Assembly (NCBI GenBank): GCA_965637545.1
Contig: OZ281496.1
Coordinates: 22,692,001 to 22,756,000 of the forward strand
Length of the DNA stretch: 64,000 bases
Direction of reading: 5' to 3'
Source: Phallusia mammillata
Taxonomy: Eukaryota
Shown here: positions 1 to 17,955 of the stretch, piece after piece
How positions within the stretch are numbered: position 1 is the first letter of the stretch
Layout: each line of letters starts with the position of its first letter
Program-made: the position numbers and the translations under genes
The notes under the pieces: generated by a model
The model's database searches: none
Seen by the model: the letters and a program-made list of their open reading frames with translations, nothing else
Told to the model about the DNA's origin: nothing

Positions 1-1063
1 GTGTTTACTGCTTATGGATTCCATGACATTACTTGGTACTAAATATACTAGATTTAGCCATATTTCTTACCTAGATTGCATTACTATTTTTGTTAGTAAT
101 GTGCATTTCACAATAGTGCTGCTTATTAAAAGCACATGGATGGTGACCAGCAGCCTAAATCCGTCTTCTTACTGATTCTAATTTAAAGCCCCTGGTACAA
201 CTTTGTAAATCATTACATGTAAAACTCAACTGTTTAACATTCCAAGTAAATTTGCATGCTATGGTAAAGATAAGGAGTATTTGTAACCTAATGATTTAAC
301 TGCTAGTATTATTAATTGTTAGCATTTAAACAAATATTTTTGTAGTAGCCTTTTTGTCCATTATTTTTGTGTGCCAAGCTGAATCATTTTATTCATGCTA
401 TTACATGCGTTTACTAGGGGATATGTTTAATAATCTGTGGTTAATATAAAACATGCAAACTACGTGATTAACTATTGAAACTATTAAAATCATGATGGTT
501 AAGACCATTTTGGTTTGGGTTTGCAATTACAATTTAGGCTTATTCTTTTGACGCAGCTAGATGTGATGTTTAGTAATATCACAATTACAAACAAAATACT
601 GTTTGGATAGAAGACTGAAAAAAAAAATGAATTTGAACCCTGGGCGTTATGTTAATGGTACATATTAAGAGTACATTCCATGAATTGCATGTATAGAATA
701 TGCATGTTAGAGTAGCTCAATATTATGTATTGTGGTTTGAATACATCACATACTTTAACATGTTGACTGCCAAGGGATATTCCTGTGTTGTGCTCAAATT
801 TGCCAAATAGGTTTTAGTGGCGTTCTGAAATCAGGTCGAAATATTTTGTGTGCCATGCTACAAGTTAACTCGTAGGTAACATGCTGGTGTATTGGGTGTC
901 TCGGTGTTGCCACAACGCATCCACGACGTTAGTTCGAGATGCCAGCTCGTTTTAAGTGTGTTAAATCGAATAAGTCCACTATGAGTATACTCGTATCTGG
1001 CAAGCCTGGCTAGATCAGCAACTAATGTTAATATATTTTTGACTTGTTTTTTTTTTTCAGAAA

Positions 1064-1737
<674 letters not shown>

Positions 1738-2602
1738 AAGAATTGTTGGCCAAATTCACAACAACACATGATGACCCAGTGCGTGCCATCTCATATTTGA
1801 GTCCTTTTCAGTTTAACAAAACGATGTTGTTGTTTCGCTGGTTGTTATTTCTCTTGCAAAATTCACGTTTAAACTACCGTTGTAATTTCATTTGAGAAGT
1901 TCATTTATTTAAACAGCTGTTGGCCAAAATAAAATATTGTCGTGGAATGCAATCTCATCCTTAAGACTTCAGAACTTGTAGGGACAGATACTCTACTAGC
2001 AAATTGCTGTAGTGTAACCTTCAGTGTGGCATTTTTTTGAATACATATGATGCTGTAGCCCAATAAAGTGCTGGGAACAAAACTTGCCTGCACTTTCCAT
2101 GTTTATCAAAAGTTTACCATCCAACGCTTTGTAGAGACTGGATGCTTTTCACAGTGATCCATTTTGTAGCAAGCTACTTACAAAAGTACTTCACACAATA
2201 TACCTCCAAATAAACCCTCACTGCTAGTGCTGCAGCTTTCAAGACCAAACTTGTAACTAAATGTTTTATTAAACGATCATACCAGGTTGTAGCTTGCAGA
2301 CTACCTTAGTACTGGGTAATCACAAAATCAATAATGGCATAAGCATTTGCAAAAACGTCTTGATAATAAAGCATGTCACTTTTGAGCCATTATTTTCACC
2401 ATTATGCAAATTGTGTAAACCAAGACAAACAATTATAATTGTTGCATTGCATGGAAGCAGCAGCACAGCATAATTTGACTGAAGTAAGAGTAGTTCTCCA
2501 GGAAGAAAAAAATGAAACAATTCATGGCTGTTTAATGAGGATAAAACCCAGCCAATTCTTGGTACTGGAAAAAAATCGAAACAAGCCTGTTGAAGGTAGT
2601 CT

Positions 2603-3361
2603 TCATTTATGTTCACTCCTTGATTTTGACTCCCTGCTACCACTTTCAGGTCCATTGTTATTATTGTTGCCATTACCATGACCAGTATCCTTGTTATCCA
2701 AGCGGTTGCGTTTCATCTTTACCATGTATATGAAATAAGCAATAGCTTCCTTCTCATTGATTCTCATGCTTCGGAAATGTCGACCCACTGTGTCAGCAAG
2801 TTGTCCCTTTGTAAGCCCTTGTCTGGTTTGTAGCTTGTAATATCTTTTGTATCTCCTAAATATTGTGCATTTTTTATAAGTTTTAAGGCTCTTTACGTTT
2901 TTTGAAACTTTTACAACAACTATTTTACATGTAACAAAAGGAATACTGTTTTTATATTTGGCATTATGCAAACAAAATTTCACCTTACCACAATTCTCTG
3001 CTCTAAATTAATTACCGACCAACTACTTTTGGCACAGGACCCTGAAGGCTGAGTAAAACGTTAATTTATACCCAAAACATCTAAAATTGCATTGTTGTTT
3101 AATGTCCATTAATGGAAGTGAGCAAGCAAAAACTTTGACAGTTAACACAGGTGGACAAAAAACTGGGCTTTGTTGTTCATCCGGATAACTTTGTCAGACC
3201 CTTATGTAGGTAAAATACTTTTGTAACACAAACCTTAGTGTGTTCATTTGCAGTTGCTCCAATGCAACCTCGTTCGTATAGTCGTGGCCTCCGTCTCTAT
3301 CACCACTGTCCTTTCGTTTTCGCTTCTTTCCTCCTTGATTGTTTCCATATTCAAGTGTCAT
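2603..3361 (-). CDS. SAP30L: SAP30/SAP30L-like Sin3-associated protein, 2 coding exons, 126 aa, apparently without the N-terminal zinc finger
   Basis: Exons 3361-3234 and 2855-2603 give GKKRKRKDS (NLS) ... EQLQMNTLRRYKRYYKLQTRQGLTKGQLADTVGRHFRSMRINEKEAIAYFIYMVK, the SAP30 Sin3-binding domain. The start ATG at 3361 is inferred. Confidence 0.88.
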
Positions 3362-3937
3362 GGCTGTCGGCCAAGGTTTTTCTACTGCAAAACTCTATGA
3401 AAGTCACTTTTTAGACAAATACGTGTTGTGAATTTTTGACAACAAAACTACGGTTACGGATCAGAGGGTTTTATGCCTGATCAATTTCTACTCAACCATA
3501 AAAAGAAACCGAACAGATTACATATTTTTATTAGCAGAAAAACAATTGGTTGCTCATATTTAACACAACGTGATAAAACCAAAAGACCTACACCTTTTGC
3601 ACATTTTATTGTACATTCTAAATTGTAAATCAAGCCTTCATTTTACACTTAAAACAAAACAAACGTCATAGTCCGCGGGTATTCACCTGATATGCGAATG
3701 AATAAGAACAGATGAACCAAATTCCATAAAGTTAGTTTATTTCCGTGACAAACTGTAGTCAATTAGACAAATATGTTGTTAGGTTTTAGAAATAGCCAAT
3801 CAAACTTTTTTTGTTTGTGTTGTAAAACAGGCTTTTGAACTTGTTTTAATTAAATATTGTGACAAACACTGACAACAAACTGACCGACCCCAGGCCCATC
3901 AAATATTTTATGGTCACTACTTTACAAATCTTTGAAA

Positions 3938-4207
3938 ATGGCAAATGATCCAGAGGAAGAGAATGTTAAACCTGATCCAAGACAGACCTTAAGCAAATGG
4001 CTTAGCCGAAGTATGCGAATTAAAATGTCTGATGGAAGAACTTTGGTTGGTCAATTTTTATGCACTGATCAAGCAAGAAATGTAATACTTGGATCAGCAC
4101 AAGAGTACTTGAACTATTCAGAAAACTCTCAAGATGAGCCAAGAATGCTTGGTTTGGCAATGGTGCCTGGAAAATACATTGTTTCTATGCAAGTTGACAT
4201 GGACTGA
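3938..4207 (+). CDS. NAA38: NatC auxiliary subunit NAA38 (LSMD1/Mak31), Sm-like fold, intronless, 89 aa
   Basis: MRIKMSDGRTLVGQFLCTDQARNVILGSAQEY...EPRMLGLAMVPGKYIVSM matches the LSMD1/Mak31 Sm1/Sm2 motifs. Confidence 0.93.
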   Translation: MANDPEEENVKPDPRQTLSKWLSRSMRIKMSDGRTLVGQFLCTDQARNVILGSAQEYLNYSENSQDEPRMLGLAMVPGKYIVSMQVDMD

Positions 4208-4807
4208 CTCTACTGTGTTGTTAATTATACCTAAAACTAAACCGATGGTGAAGCATGCACTTGCCAAGCTACAGCAGTATATATTTTTTCCACATGGTGG
4301 CTTAAAAAAGTATTTGGTTATCTCTTAACTATCTTTCACATTAATTTTTTTACAGAGGTCAGTTATGAGAAAAATATAAAACTTTGTTGTTGCAAATGTT
4401 AGTTATTACCATTAGTATACAGATTTTATACATACTTTGGTTTGTCAAATGTGTATGATTTTGTGGTGAACAGTTGTGCAAGTACCAGCAGGAAATATTT
4501 CACAACCTAATATATTATATATGATAACAAATGTGTTTGTTTATCAATGAACATTGCTTTTGTGAGCTAGTCATTTCAGGTGTAGTATGGGTGATACAGT
4601 TTTGTACTTCTTGAAAACTTTTAAACAAAATCCTTTTTAAGCAAGTTTCAAATGTAGCATAAAATGTTCATTCTTTGAGTGTAACTGCAAATTCACACAG
4701 AAATCAAGTACAAACATGTAAAACATCAGATCCAGGCATCCATATTGGTGAGCAAGGCAGACGCTAGAAAGACAACATTTGATCCCATGACTACAGTTTG
4801 TCTAGAA

Positions 4808-5183
4808 CAGTGTGGTCCAACTTTATTTCGTTGCAGGGCATTAAATATCGTTAACTTACTCCGCGGGCCAAAGTGTGAAATTTTTGCAGATAAAACTTTT
4901 TTCTTGCACAAACATCAGGGTGACTATACACTGTTTTTAATCAATAGATAATTTTATTTTAATCTAGCAAAAACAATGTCCAAACGGTATGTTGACCAAG
5001 AACCTTTATTACACAACAATGCCTTGTCATGCGTCACAATAGGATATTTTGCAGCATTTTGTGTTGTTTAATTATTACATTATAAAGCATTGAAAACAAA
5101 AATTATAGTTGTCATTAAAACGTTGAAAGTTTGCGGGCTAACAAAATTGTCTCAAAATTTGGGCCTGCCGTTGGACCACGCTG
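4808..5183. mobile_element. hAT (Charlie-type) MITE, 376 bp
   Basis: TIRs CAGTGTGGTCCAAC / GTTGGACCACGCTG. Perfect 8-bp TSD GTCTAGAA at 4800-4807 and 5184-5191, matching the NTCTAGAN Charlie target. Confidence 0.88.
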
Positions 5184-6833
5184 GTCTAGAACAAAGTCTA
5201 CATAAAACACAACTTGTCCAACCCATTGTTCTGTGATAGAGGATTATGCAACAACCCACATGTTTCATTAAATTTAGCAAATCAACTTCCCATTATGTAT
5301 GTGATTTTTTATATACCTTCTTTATTATTTTGGACACAAAATGGTGTCAATCAGGCCAGTAGAAGTTTATGGGCATACCAATTGGTCGGCAACTTGTTTA
5401 TTACCTAGACTTCAGGTCCAATCCAGAGCTGACCCTTTACTGGCTGGGCTGTACCATGTCTACTGTATTGCATCTTGAAAATGAATGTATTGGGGAATCA
5501 AAAATTTATTTGACCTGTTCATGAACCAAATCACACACTACATTTTCTCTTTGCCTAGAGGTCCAACAGGTCAAAAATCAGAGTGATAAACAAACAACTT
5601 CTTTGCCAGCTAAGGGGGCAAAGTCCAATGCACTTTCAGATTTGTTTTTATAAAGCTTAATATCTCAAAATCACAATTTTTGTCTTAGTTAACTTAATTT
5701 CAACTCACATTTGGTGAATTCAGTATGTTTATACCAGACTGCCCCAAATTTGCAAATTAGTAAGATTCTTTATCTCACTTTGTATATTTTATTACCAGCA
5801 CATCAAACCTTTCAAGTAAACTTATATTACACAAAAGCGTTTTACAAGAACTAGGTGTTACTGGGTAATATTCGGAGCATAGGAAAAACTACAAACACTA
5901 CAGCATTTTATATACAAAGGTATTTTAATTTCAAATTCCACAACACATGTGCTGGTTCTTGCAAATCGTATCGGCTATTTTAAACTAAAGTGCGAACCAC
6001 ATACAAAATCCATAATTTCAGTGGCATGGTTTAAGGAGGCAAGTCTGAATTGAATATGCAACGTACCTTTTTGCAGCAAGGCATAGACATGAAAACTACT
6101 CAATTCCAACCTTTGGACTAAACGTGCCCAATATTTGTAAAGTAAATATACACAGAAGATAAATGGTGGTGTGATTTACCACCAGTAACTGTACAATAAA
6201 ATGTGCTTCAAAAAAATATTGTGAATAAGTCTTTGAACTACAAATACTGGACAAAAAATCCATTAATTTGGGGTGTTTATATCATGCCATGTTTATCATG
6301 TTTTTACAAGCAAAAAAAGCTTCAGTAATGGCACATATTTTTATGCTTTGCACTGCATTAAACACCATGTTACCTAGCTCTTCAATGTAATACAATAACG
6401 CTTGTTCATATATTGCAGATTTAGGACAATAATTCAGCATTAGTAAGTAAGATGGTTAGTAAACACTATGCTAACAGCTAACATGGTTATATGTTCTCAC
6501 TTTGTTTTTACAATGTTAAGTTGAAAGGCACTGAAAACAGTTTCACTAATACATCCTACAGCCTCCTTGTAAAGAGGTTTCCGCCAAGATCAAAGCACCA
6601 CCAATAAAAAGTAAATATGTACTGCATTACTAGGCCATGTGCATGTTACACAGTCTTACCACATTTCAGCAATGATAAAAGCAAACAACATTATTACAAA
6701 AAATGGAATATTGCATACAAAACACATACATAAGGGGTGCCATCTCTTGTTTTCTGTACTTGCCTTCATAGTGGAATATATAATATTGTTTGTAACTTTT
6801 TAACTACAGAACTGGTCACACACCATGAAGTTG

Positions 6834-9564
6834 TCACAGGAATTGGCTTGGGTTGGCTTTGGGGTCTTTTTGGTTTCTGAAGCGCACAGCCAGCCATACA
6901 CCCAGCATCTGAAACATTATTACATTTAGAGACCTGCTAAGTTATAACAAAAAAACTGTAACTTTTTAAGCATACTATTTAGGTGACCAGTATAAAATAC
7001 CTCAAATCATATCTAAAATACTATTTCTATTATATATATATATATGAAAAAAATATATAAAATACCCCAGTCAACCTTGTTAACAATGAGGTTAAATCAC
7101 AAAAACTTACCTCAGTAAAACTAAAGAAGAGTCCAACACCACCACTTGCTTCCAGTGCATGGCTAATTTGGTATGGAATGACTTCACTACAGGTTCTGCA
7201 TGTCAGTTGGCTATCAGTAGTAACAGTATCTGATACTGTAGGAGTAGGAGATTGGCATTCTTTGCGCTGAAAAAAGGAGATGCTTTATTGCACATCTTGT
7301 TATGGCAACGGAAAAAATGAAACGAATTTTGAGGAAATTGTATCTACAACCTTGCTTATTAATTTTGCAATGTCATATTCATTACAGCATCTAACCCAAA
7401 AGCAGACCAAAAGACCAATATCCATTGCCACAGTAGAGGCCAAGTTACACTTGCAGATCAATTCATGGTAACATTTAGTGATGGGACGGGTATACGGTAC
7501 TCGGTATCGATGGTATCGAACGATTTCAGTGGTATCGATACTCGTACTCGGTATCGAAATTTTTTGTCTCAGTTTTCGATACCAACGTGCGAGTACCGAA
7601 GGTCCATTTACACCATAATAATACGGGCAACTTTATGCCAACATTTGCTTCGGACAGCATAAAATTGGAAAAAAGTTCCGCCAGGTTACGTATATTTTTT
7701 TCACTATCGTATGGAGATTACATTTTTCTGCATGTGTGTGTGCACGCCTGTACCCTGGCCGTGACAGATAAATTAGTCAGTGATATACAACACTGTACTT
7801 AAGTACTCAGTAATCGTACTCGGCATCGAAGGTATATACATGTGGTACTCGTACTCGGTACTCGCTTCAAAACCTGGTATCGTACCATCACTAGTAACAT
7901 TATCACTTCATCAAACATACCATAGAATGCCATTACCCCAAAATACCATCTACCAAGTAACAAAAGAACAAGTAGAACAGTAAAGTTGTTTTTTGTGATC
8001 ACCTGTTGACATTCTGTGCTGTTGTTCGTTTCCCAACCACAGCATGTAAAGTACTTTTCAGCATCCTTGATAGTGTTGTTCTTTAGCCCGTCAGTTGAAT
8101 CACTAGTCCATACTTTTTCAATTGCATTTTCCTATTTAAAACAGTAAACAGTTTAAAATAGATGAAAATGTTATTTGTAAAAGAGTGAAGACAAAAACAT
8201 TTTAATATTTTCACAGTAAAATTGTTACCAATTTTGAGTTTAAACAAAGAGTTACTACTTACCACTTGTTTTTCTGACACAGCTAAACATGCAATTGACA
8301 CTGAGAACTGAATGATGAACAAAAGGAAGAGTACCACAATGTACTAATAGTTTAGCAATTAAGGAAAACTTTTTTGTAACAAGTTGTACAGTTACGGTAA
8401 TTCATGTCTTGTAACAGTTTACACTGGGACATGCATATGTGGCTCTTCTGGCATTAAACTATAGGTTAGGCAGAGCATAATGCAAATAATCTTTTTGTCC
8501 ATGATAGACCAAATTAAATATAACAGTGAAGGATACGAAAAATAGCAGAACTTGATGATGCTTGAAACCAGCAAACAGCCCAAGAAAAGAAATCAGAAAC
8601 AGGAATAATCCAGAAGCAATAATACCTATGAAAAATATTTGCAACTAATTAAATAAATAAGTTCTAATTTTGTTTGTTATGTGATACTTTCATGGAACAA
8701 ACCACTGTTGTTATGGAATCATTTTAACATTTGAATGGATGATACAATGTGGTTAAATTTGTATGTAACAACTGTGCCTATCAGCAGTTTCTACATTCAA
8801 ATCTGTTTGGCTTTGGGAATATTTAAATTTAAAAAATCTTCTAGCTGAAAAAGTAATACAAGGTATGCATTTTTCGAACCAAAAATCTGTCAGAAAAACA
8901 AATATGTAACAATACATTTTTTATGATTTGTTTGTATACGAGGTATAAGCAAATCCGCTTTGACCGGACTAGTCACTCAATTACAGGACCAGCCTGGAGA
9001 ATTTGCAAGTTCATGATGAGATATTGGCTATCAGTTCAGTTTTAGTCAGAGTCTAGTTTTTTTTTTGGGGGGGGGGGGGCTAATGCTGTTTATCTGTGAT
9101 ATAACGATTCAGCTTTAAGCACTTGTATGTTGTTAAAGTCTGGTACACAACACAGAACCTAACCCCACTTGTGTAATGGAGATGCTGGCCATCGTCTAAA
9201 AAGATTTGTTTGTGTACAAATTATTAAAGGTTTACTTACAAACTTACTTTAGGGCACAATTCATGTTATATAAACAGTATTATAATTTACCTCCTGCAAT
9301 TTCAAATGAGCTTATGATTGATGTTGCTCTTGCATATGACCCCATTCCAATGAGAACAAACGATACAAGCTGTAAGAAAATAATACTTTTTTCATTCTTT
9401 TATAAAACAGATTAATTAAATATTATTAATCCAACTTTTTAAAAATCTTGGTTTAATTATTTCTCATATGATTGTTTATCATAAAAAAAACATAGCAAGC
9501 TTACCAAAAATAGAATGTTCAGTAACGCCAAGGAATTCTTGGAACAATTAAATCCGCCACACAT
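6834..9564 (-). CDS. TSPAN13: Tetraspanin 13/31-like, 7 coding exons, 222 aa
   Basis: Exons 9564-9505, 9369-9291, 8625-8537, 8343-8263, 8131-8003, 7266-7111, 6908-6834 are in frame. N-terminus [25 protein letters not shown] motif and C-terminus [35 protein letters not shown] are typical of TSPAN13/31. The symbol denotes the 13/31 pro-orthologue. Confidence 0.95.
7476..7893. mobile_element. hAT MITE family B, copy 1 (418 bp) in TSPAN intron 5
   Basis: TIRs TAGTGATGGGAC / GTACCATCACTA with subterminal GGTACTCG/GGTATCG repeats. Perfect TSD GTAACATT at 7468-7475 and 7894-7901. An inverted second copy lies at 52081-52502. Confidence 0.9.
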
Positions 9565-11424
9565 TTTGTTTTTAGGGTAAGACTAAGTTCCAGACAACAA
9601 CACTATTTAGGCAAATCTTTAAAAAATTACAACATCAATCACTTGAAACAGGGCCAGGGGTGACCGCAATCTCCTTCAGGATTAAAGTTTTCAAATGTCC
9701 TGCTCCTGCCTGACCAGAACTACAAAACGTCAATACACGTACACTTTGTGAGGTCATAATTCCCATGCAAGCACGTGACTCAACAGTTGACTCGTGAAGC
9801 GTGACGATATCTTACAAAGACAGTCATGGACTGGTAATTATTCGGTGGGGTGTTTCTCGATTTTATATCCTTAAAAACTGAATTCAAGTAAGCTCTACCC
9901 ACATTAAACCAAAAAATTGGAACAATTAATTTGAACGCCAGCCCAAAATACTTTTTCCGCGTCTGGTTGCATGGTAAAATGTTTCACAAATTGCTCATAT
10001 GACTACTTATATAAGTTTGATACACTCCTGATTTTCTTGGCGACCTAAATAATTGCAAACACCAGATAAAACATTGGTTCCCACTTTGATAACTACTTGT
10101 ACCACGTTAATAACATGCTTGAGTTTTCTTAGTTTCATCTAATGATCTACTTTTTTACTATTATGAAAAGCCTGTAGGCAGAAGCCGACTGCCAATGTCT
10201 AATTGTTTTGCACGAATAGCCTCAAGCAATTGGCCTTTCTTCCTTACTACTAAATATTAACGTTTAATCTAAAACGCGGTCCTTGCATTAACCAACATTT
10301 GAAACGCCTTTTTGTAGACAAAGAAAATGTCACGTAGACTAGAGACCACAACGATCTCGGAATCACCCTTGAAAACAACTTTTTCCTAATGGCAAATTTA
10401 AAACTGACGACTGTCACTATGAACACCATTTTCAATGTATTCGAAATCTAGACGTTTTTGCAATGCAACTGAACCACCCTCACATTGCTGCAGTATGTGT
10501 AGCAAGATCTGTTTAAAAAGTAACGATTTTCTGTTACTTGAAAACTGCACAATAACACGACAATGTTGGGAATAAAATTTAATCATGGCGTAGCAAAAAA
10601 GGGAAAGAAAATGTAGTCACAATTCATAACATTCACATGACCTGAACAGTTCTTACAGACATAAAGCAAACATGTGTTGTACATTCTTTTGCAGGCTTGG
10701 GTATAAAATATTTGAGCAAAATTCTTGGCACCTTAGGTAGGATAAAAGCCGCTATCTGCATTCACAGTCAAACAAAACATAACTAAGTCCAGAGGCCAAT
10801 GCATTAATTGCAGGTGTATCCTAGCTCCTATGTAAGAGCTTGTCGTACAGTAGGTCCTATACGAACGTTGATCATCCTATGTAGGTAGATTGGATTGACT
10901 ATCATCCTAGTTCCTATGATTGAAGCTGGGTAGCAGACGGCCTACTCTTTCTATAGTTGAATGAGGCCCTAGTGCCTATGTATAGGATGACACTGGCACC
11001 TATGGTTTGCTATGTCTTCTCGGCCCTACCCTACCTGCAAATACAAGGATTACACAATCAGGTACAAAACAAATCAGTTTAATGAGGTGCAGACAGTTTG
11101 TGTCCATAATTTTTCCTCCACTAAGTCAAGCAGCTAATTTGCATGTCCATTACTCATTTGAGTAGTTGCAAGCTGCAACATTTAGCCCAGTGCTTGGAAA
11201 TGACACACACAAACAAAACACAGTGGTGGATTCCATGCACTTATGCAATACTTACCATGTGTAGCCCATACTTACATGTTTCTGCCATTCATTGATTGAA
11301 GCGATAGGGCATGAACTCCTCAGTTTGAACCAATAGGGCATGAACAACAGATGTACACAGACACAAGACAGAAACATCAGACCTACTATAACTTTACTTA
11401 CCTTTGTACCAAGAAATGCTCGGT

Positions 11425-13668
<2,244 letters not shown>

Positions 13669-14300
13669 TTTGCTGATTGTAAACGCTTCTCGTCAGAAGG
13701 CAGAACAAAGATGGCGCTTTACAAAGAGTAAAAACCAGAAGACTCGTGGGGCGACAATGCACACACTGGTTCGTGTGAGATTTGAATTTTCAAGCGGATG
13801 ACTTGTGGAATTTTAATGCTTCATGTTCAACTTTCTAATGCAGGATAATTCTTGTTCACGTTATGCACATTAAGTGACTTTATTGTAAGACGTAATATAA
13901 GCATCAAACGGAAGAGAAACGATTGTTTATTTAATTCATCCCCGAAGTATTAAAATGTTATCTTTTAGATTCATCTTTTCATTATGTTTTGTGCTAACGG
14001 CAAAAAAGCTTGCTTTTTGTACCACCTTTATTGTAAACTTTATTGTGTGGAGAATTTCCGTTGCATGATGAGAACATGTGTTGTGCTGGATTCCGAATCA
14101 GTCCGATTTTAAGGCAAGCATGTAACGTCCCGGATGTAAAATCGGCGCGAAATGTACACATTCGCTTGTTATTTTCTTTAAAGAGGTCAAAGGTTAGTGC
14201 GGTTCGAGCCATTCGGATGTCCTAAAAAAAATTTGGAAAGGGATAAACGACATTTAAACTTACATTTCAATGAAAACTTGCGGCTGCTGTAGAAGTGTTG
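13669..14300. promoter_or_regulatory. Inferred bidirectional promoter region between hnRNP A/B (-) and CBX (+)
   Basis: Divergent gene starts, a locally CpG-retaining stretch, and a YY1-type motif AAGATGGCG at 13708-13716. The TSSs are not observable. Confidence 0.55.
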
Positions 14301-14829
14301 TTTTTTTTGCAACCGCTTGTGTTCGTATAGTTTCACATAGCACATGTTGCTGGAAGATGGAATTCATATAACCCTTCTGCAGTGTTTTGCTAAAGCACCA
14401 TTATAATAATGCTGCTGGACATTAAGCAATATTAAAAAAATGATAATGTATTTACGGCATTTGTTGCAGTTTTGATATGAGCACAGCAGTTAGCAAAAGC
14501 CATTACGTTGTGAAATACGTTATCCACAGTTTTTAGCCAATATTATGCAGTTTGGTCACTTGGTGTGTTTTGCTTTAAATGCTCTTATGTTTGGTTGTAT
14601 TTATAATGTTGTTGTTTTTATAATGATTTTTCAGATCTATGTTTTTAGCTTCCTGGTTTAGATCTCTAATCGATTTTAGTTTGGTAAGTATACTTTAATT
14701 CTTTTGAAATATTATGACATAGATACAAATAGTATTAAAAAATTTCACAGAAGATTTAGTTGTTGTAACCAAAAGGTACTAATGATGTATCTTGTGTCTC
14801 ATTCAAAACATTTCATGTTGTAGAATACC

Positions 14830-17089
<2,260 letters not shown>

Positions 17090-17883
17090 AAAATGTTACC
17101 TTAGCCCTGACCCACAAGTTTTCCTGGGCAACCCAGAACTGCAGAGACTGGCCTGCGCCATTTTGCGTAGTTTGCCTTTCACAAATTAAGACCACCTTTT
17201 TACGATGATTTGTATACCCAATGCCTTAGTAAAGTTATGATGTGCCCTTCTTTAAAAAGGCCTAAACACATTTTCCATCTTGTTGCAAACACCAACAAAC
17301 AAGTGTTTTTTTGAGGTTGCAAAAAAAGCAGAACTCTGTATGTTGATTTTTTTGCCAATCCTGGTGTTTTGAAGAAGTATTCTCTTTGCAATTTTGAACA
17401 ACTTCACTTTTTACCATTTGTCCAACAATCTAGTTTTGTAGTGGTCTTCAATCAGTGACCTGTGACATTAGTTTTAGTATACGGCACAAGTTAACTGCTC
17501 TTATGGCTGTCCAACTTTATAGTGTTTAACAGGTTAGTTGACACAACAAATGCTTTTGGGGTAATTTGCATCGTTTTTGGTTGATATCAAATTTCTTGTA
17601 TAGTCGATGCATTTCATGTTCACCTTTGACCTTTCAGTTTTCAGGGCGTCTTCAATTCAAGTACGATTTTAAAGTCAAGTACTTCGCCACGGTCATGTTC
17701 ACTTGTAAACGATTCGGGATGTTCATGTACATAGTGGAACGTGTAAATAAAACTTCTTTTACCAAATATCCGGTCTTATTTCACGTCCCAAGCCTAATAA
17801 ATTAATCCGATTCTGTGCTTTTAACTAACTTTCAGTTACCCCCGCTTCGAAATTGTAGATACCTTGATCGAATTGTTCAACAT

Positions 17884-17955
17884 CCAAGATAGTCGAGTGG
17901 TTGGAGCAACCGCCTTGTGCTCACAAGGTTGGTGGTTCTAGTCCCATCGGCCAAT
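17884..17955 (+). pseudogene. tRNA-derived SINE head or tRNA pseudogene
   Basis: A box TAGTCGAGTGG (17890-17900) and B box GGTTCTAGTCC (17934-17944) at tRNA-like spacing, but the cloverleaf stems do not pair properly. Confidence 0.4.

Noticed and set aside
880-1020. Hairpin in the region upstream of the first ATP5MC coding exon as an H/ACA snoRNA
   Set aside because: No convincing H box or ACA placement.
7476-7893. Short repeated units (GGTACTCG, GAACCG, TTCGGG; also at 24355 and 35623) as a CRISPR-like array
   Set aside because: There is no repeat-spacer periodicity; they are subterminal repeats between TIRs with 8-bp TSDs, in a eukaryotic context.
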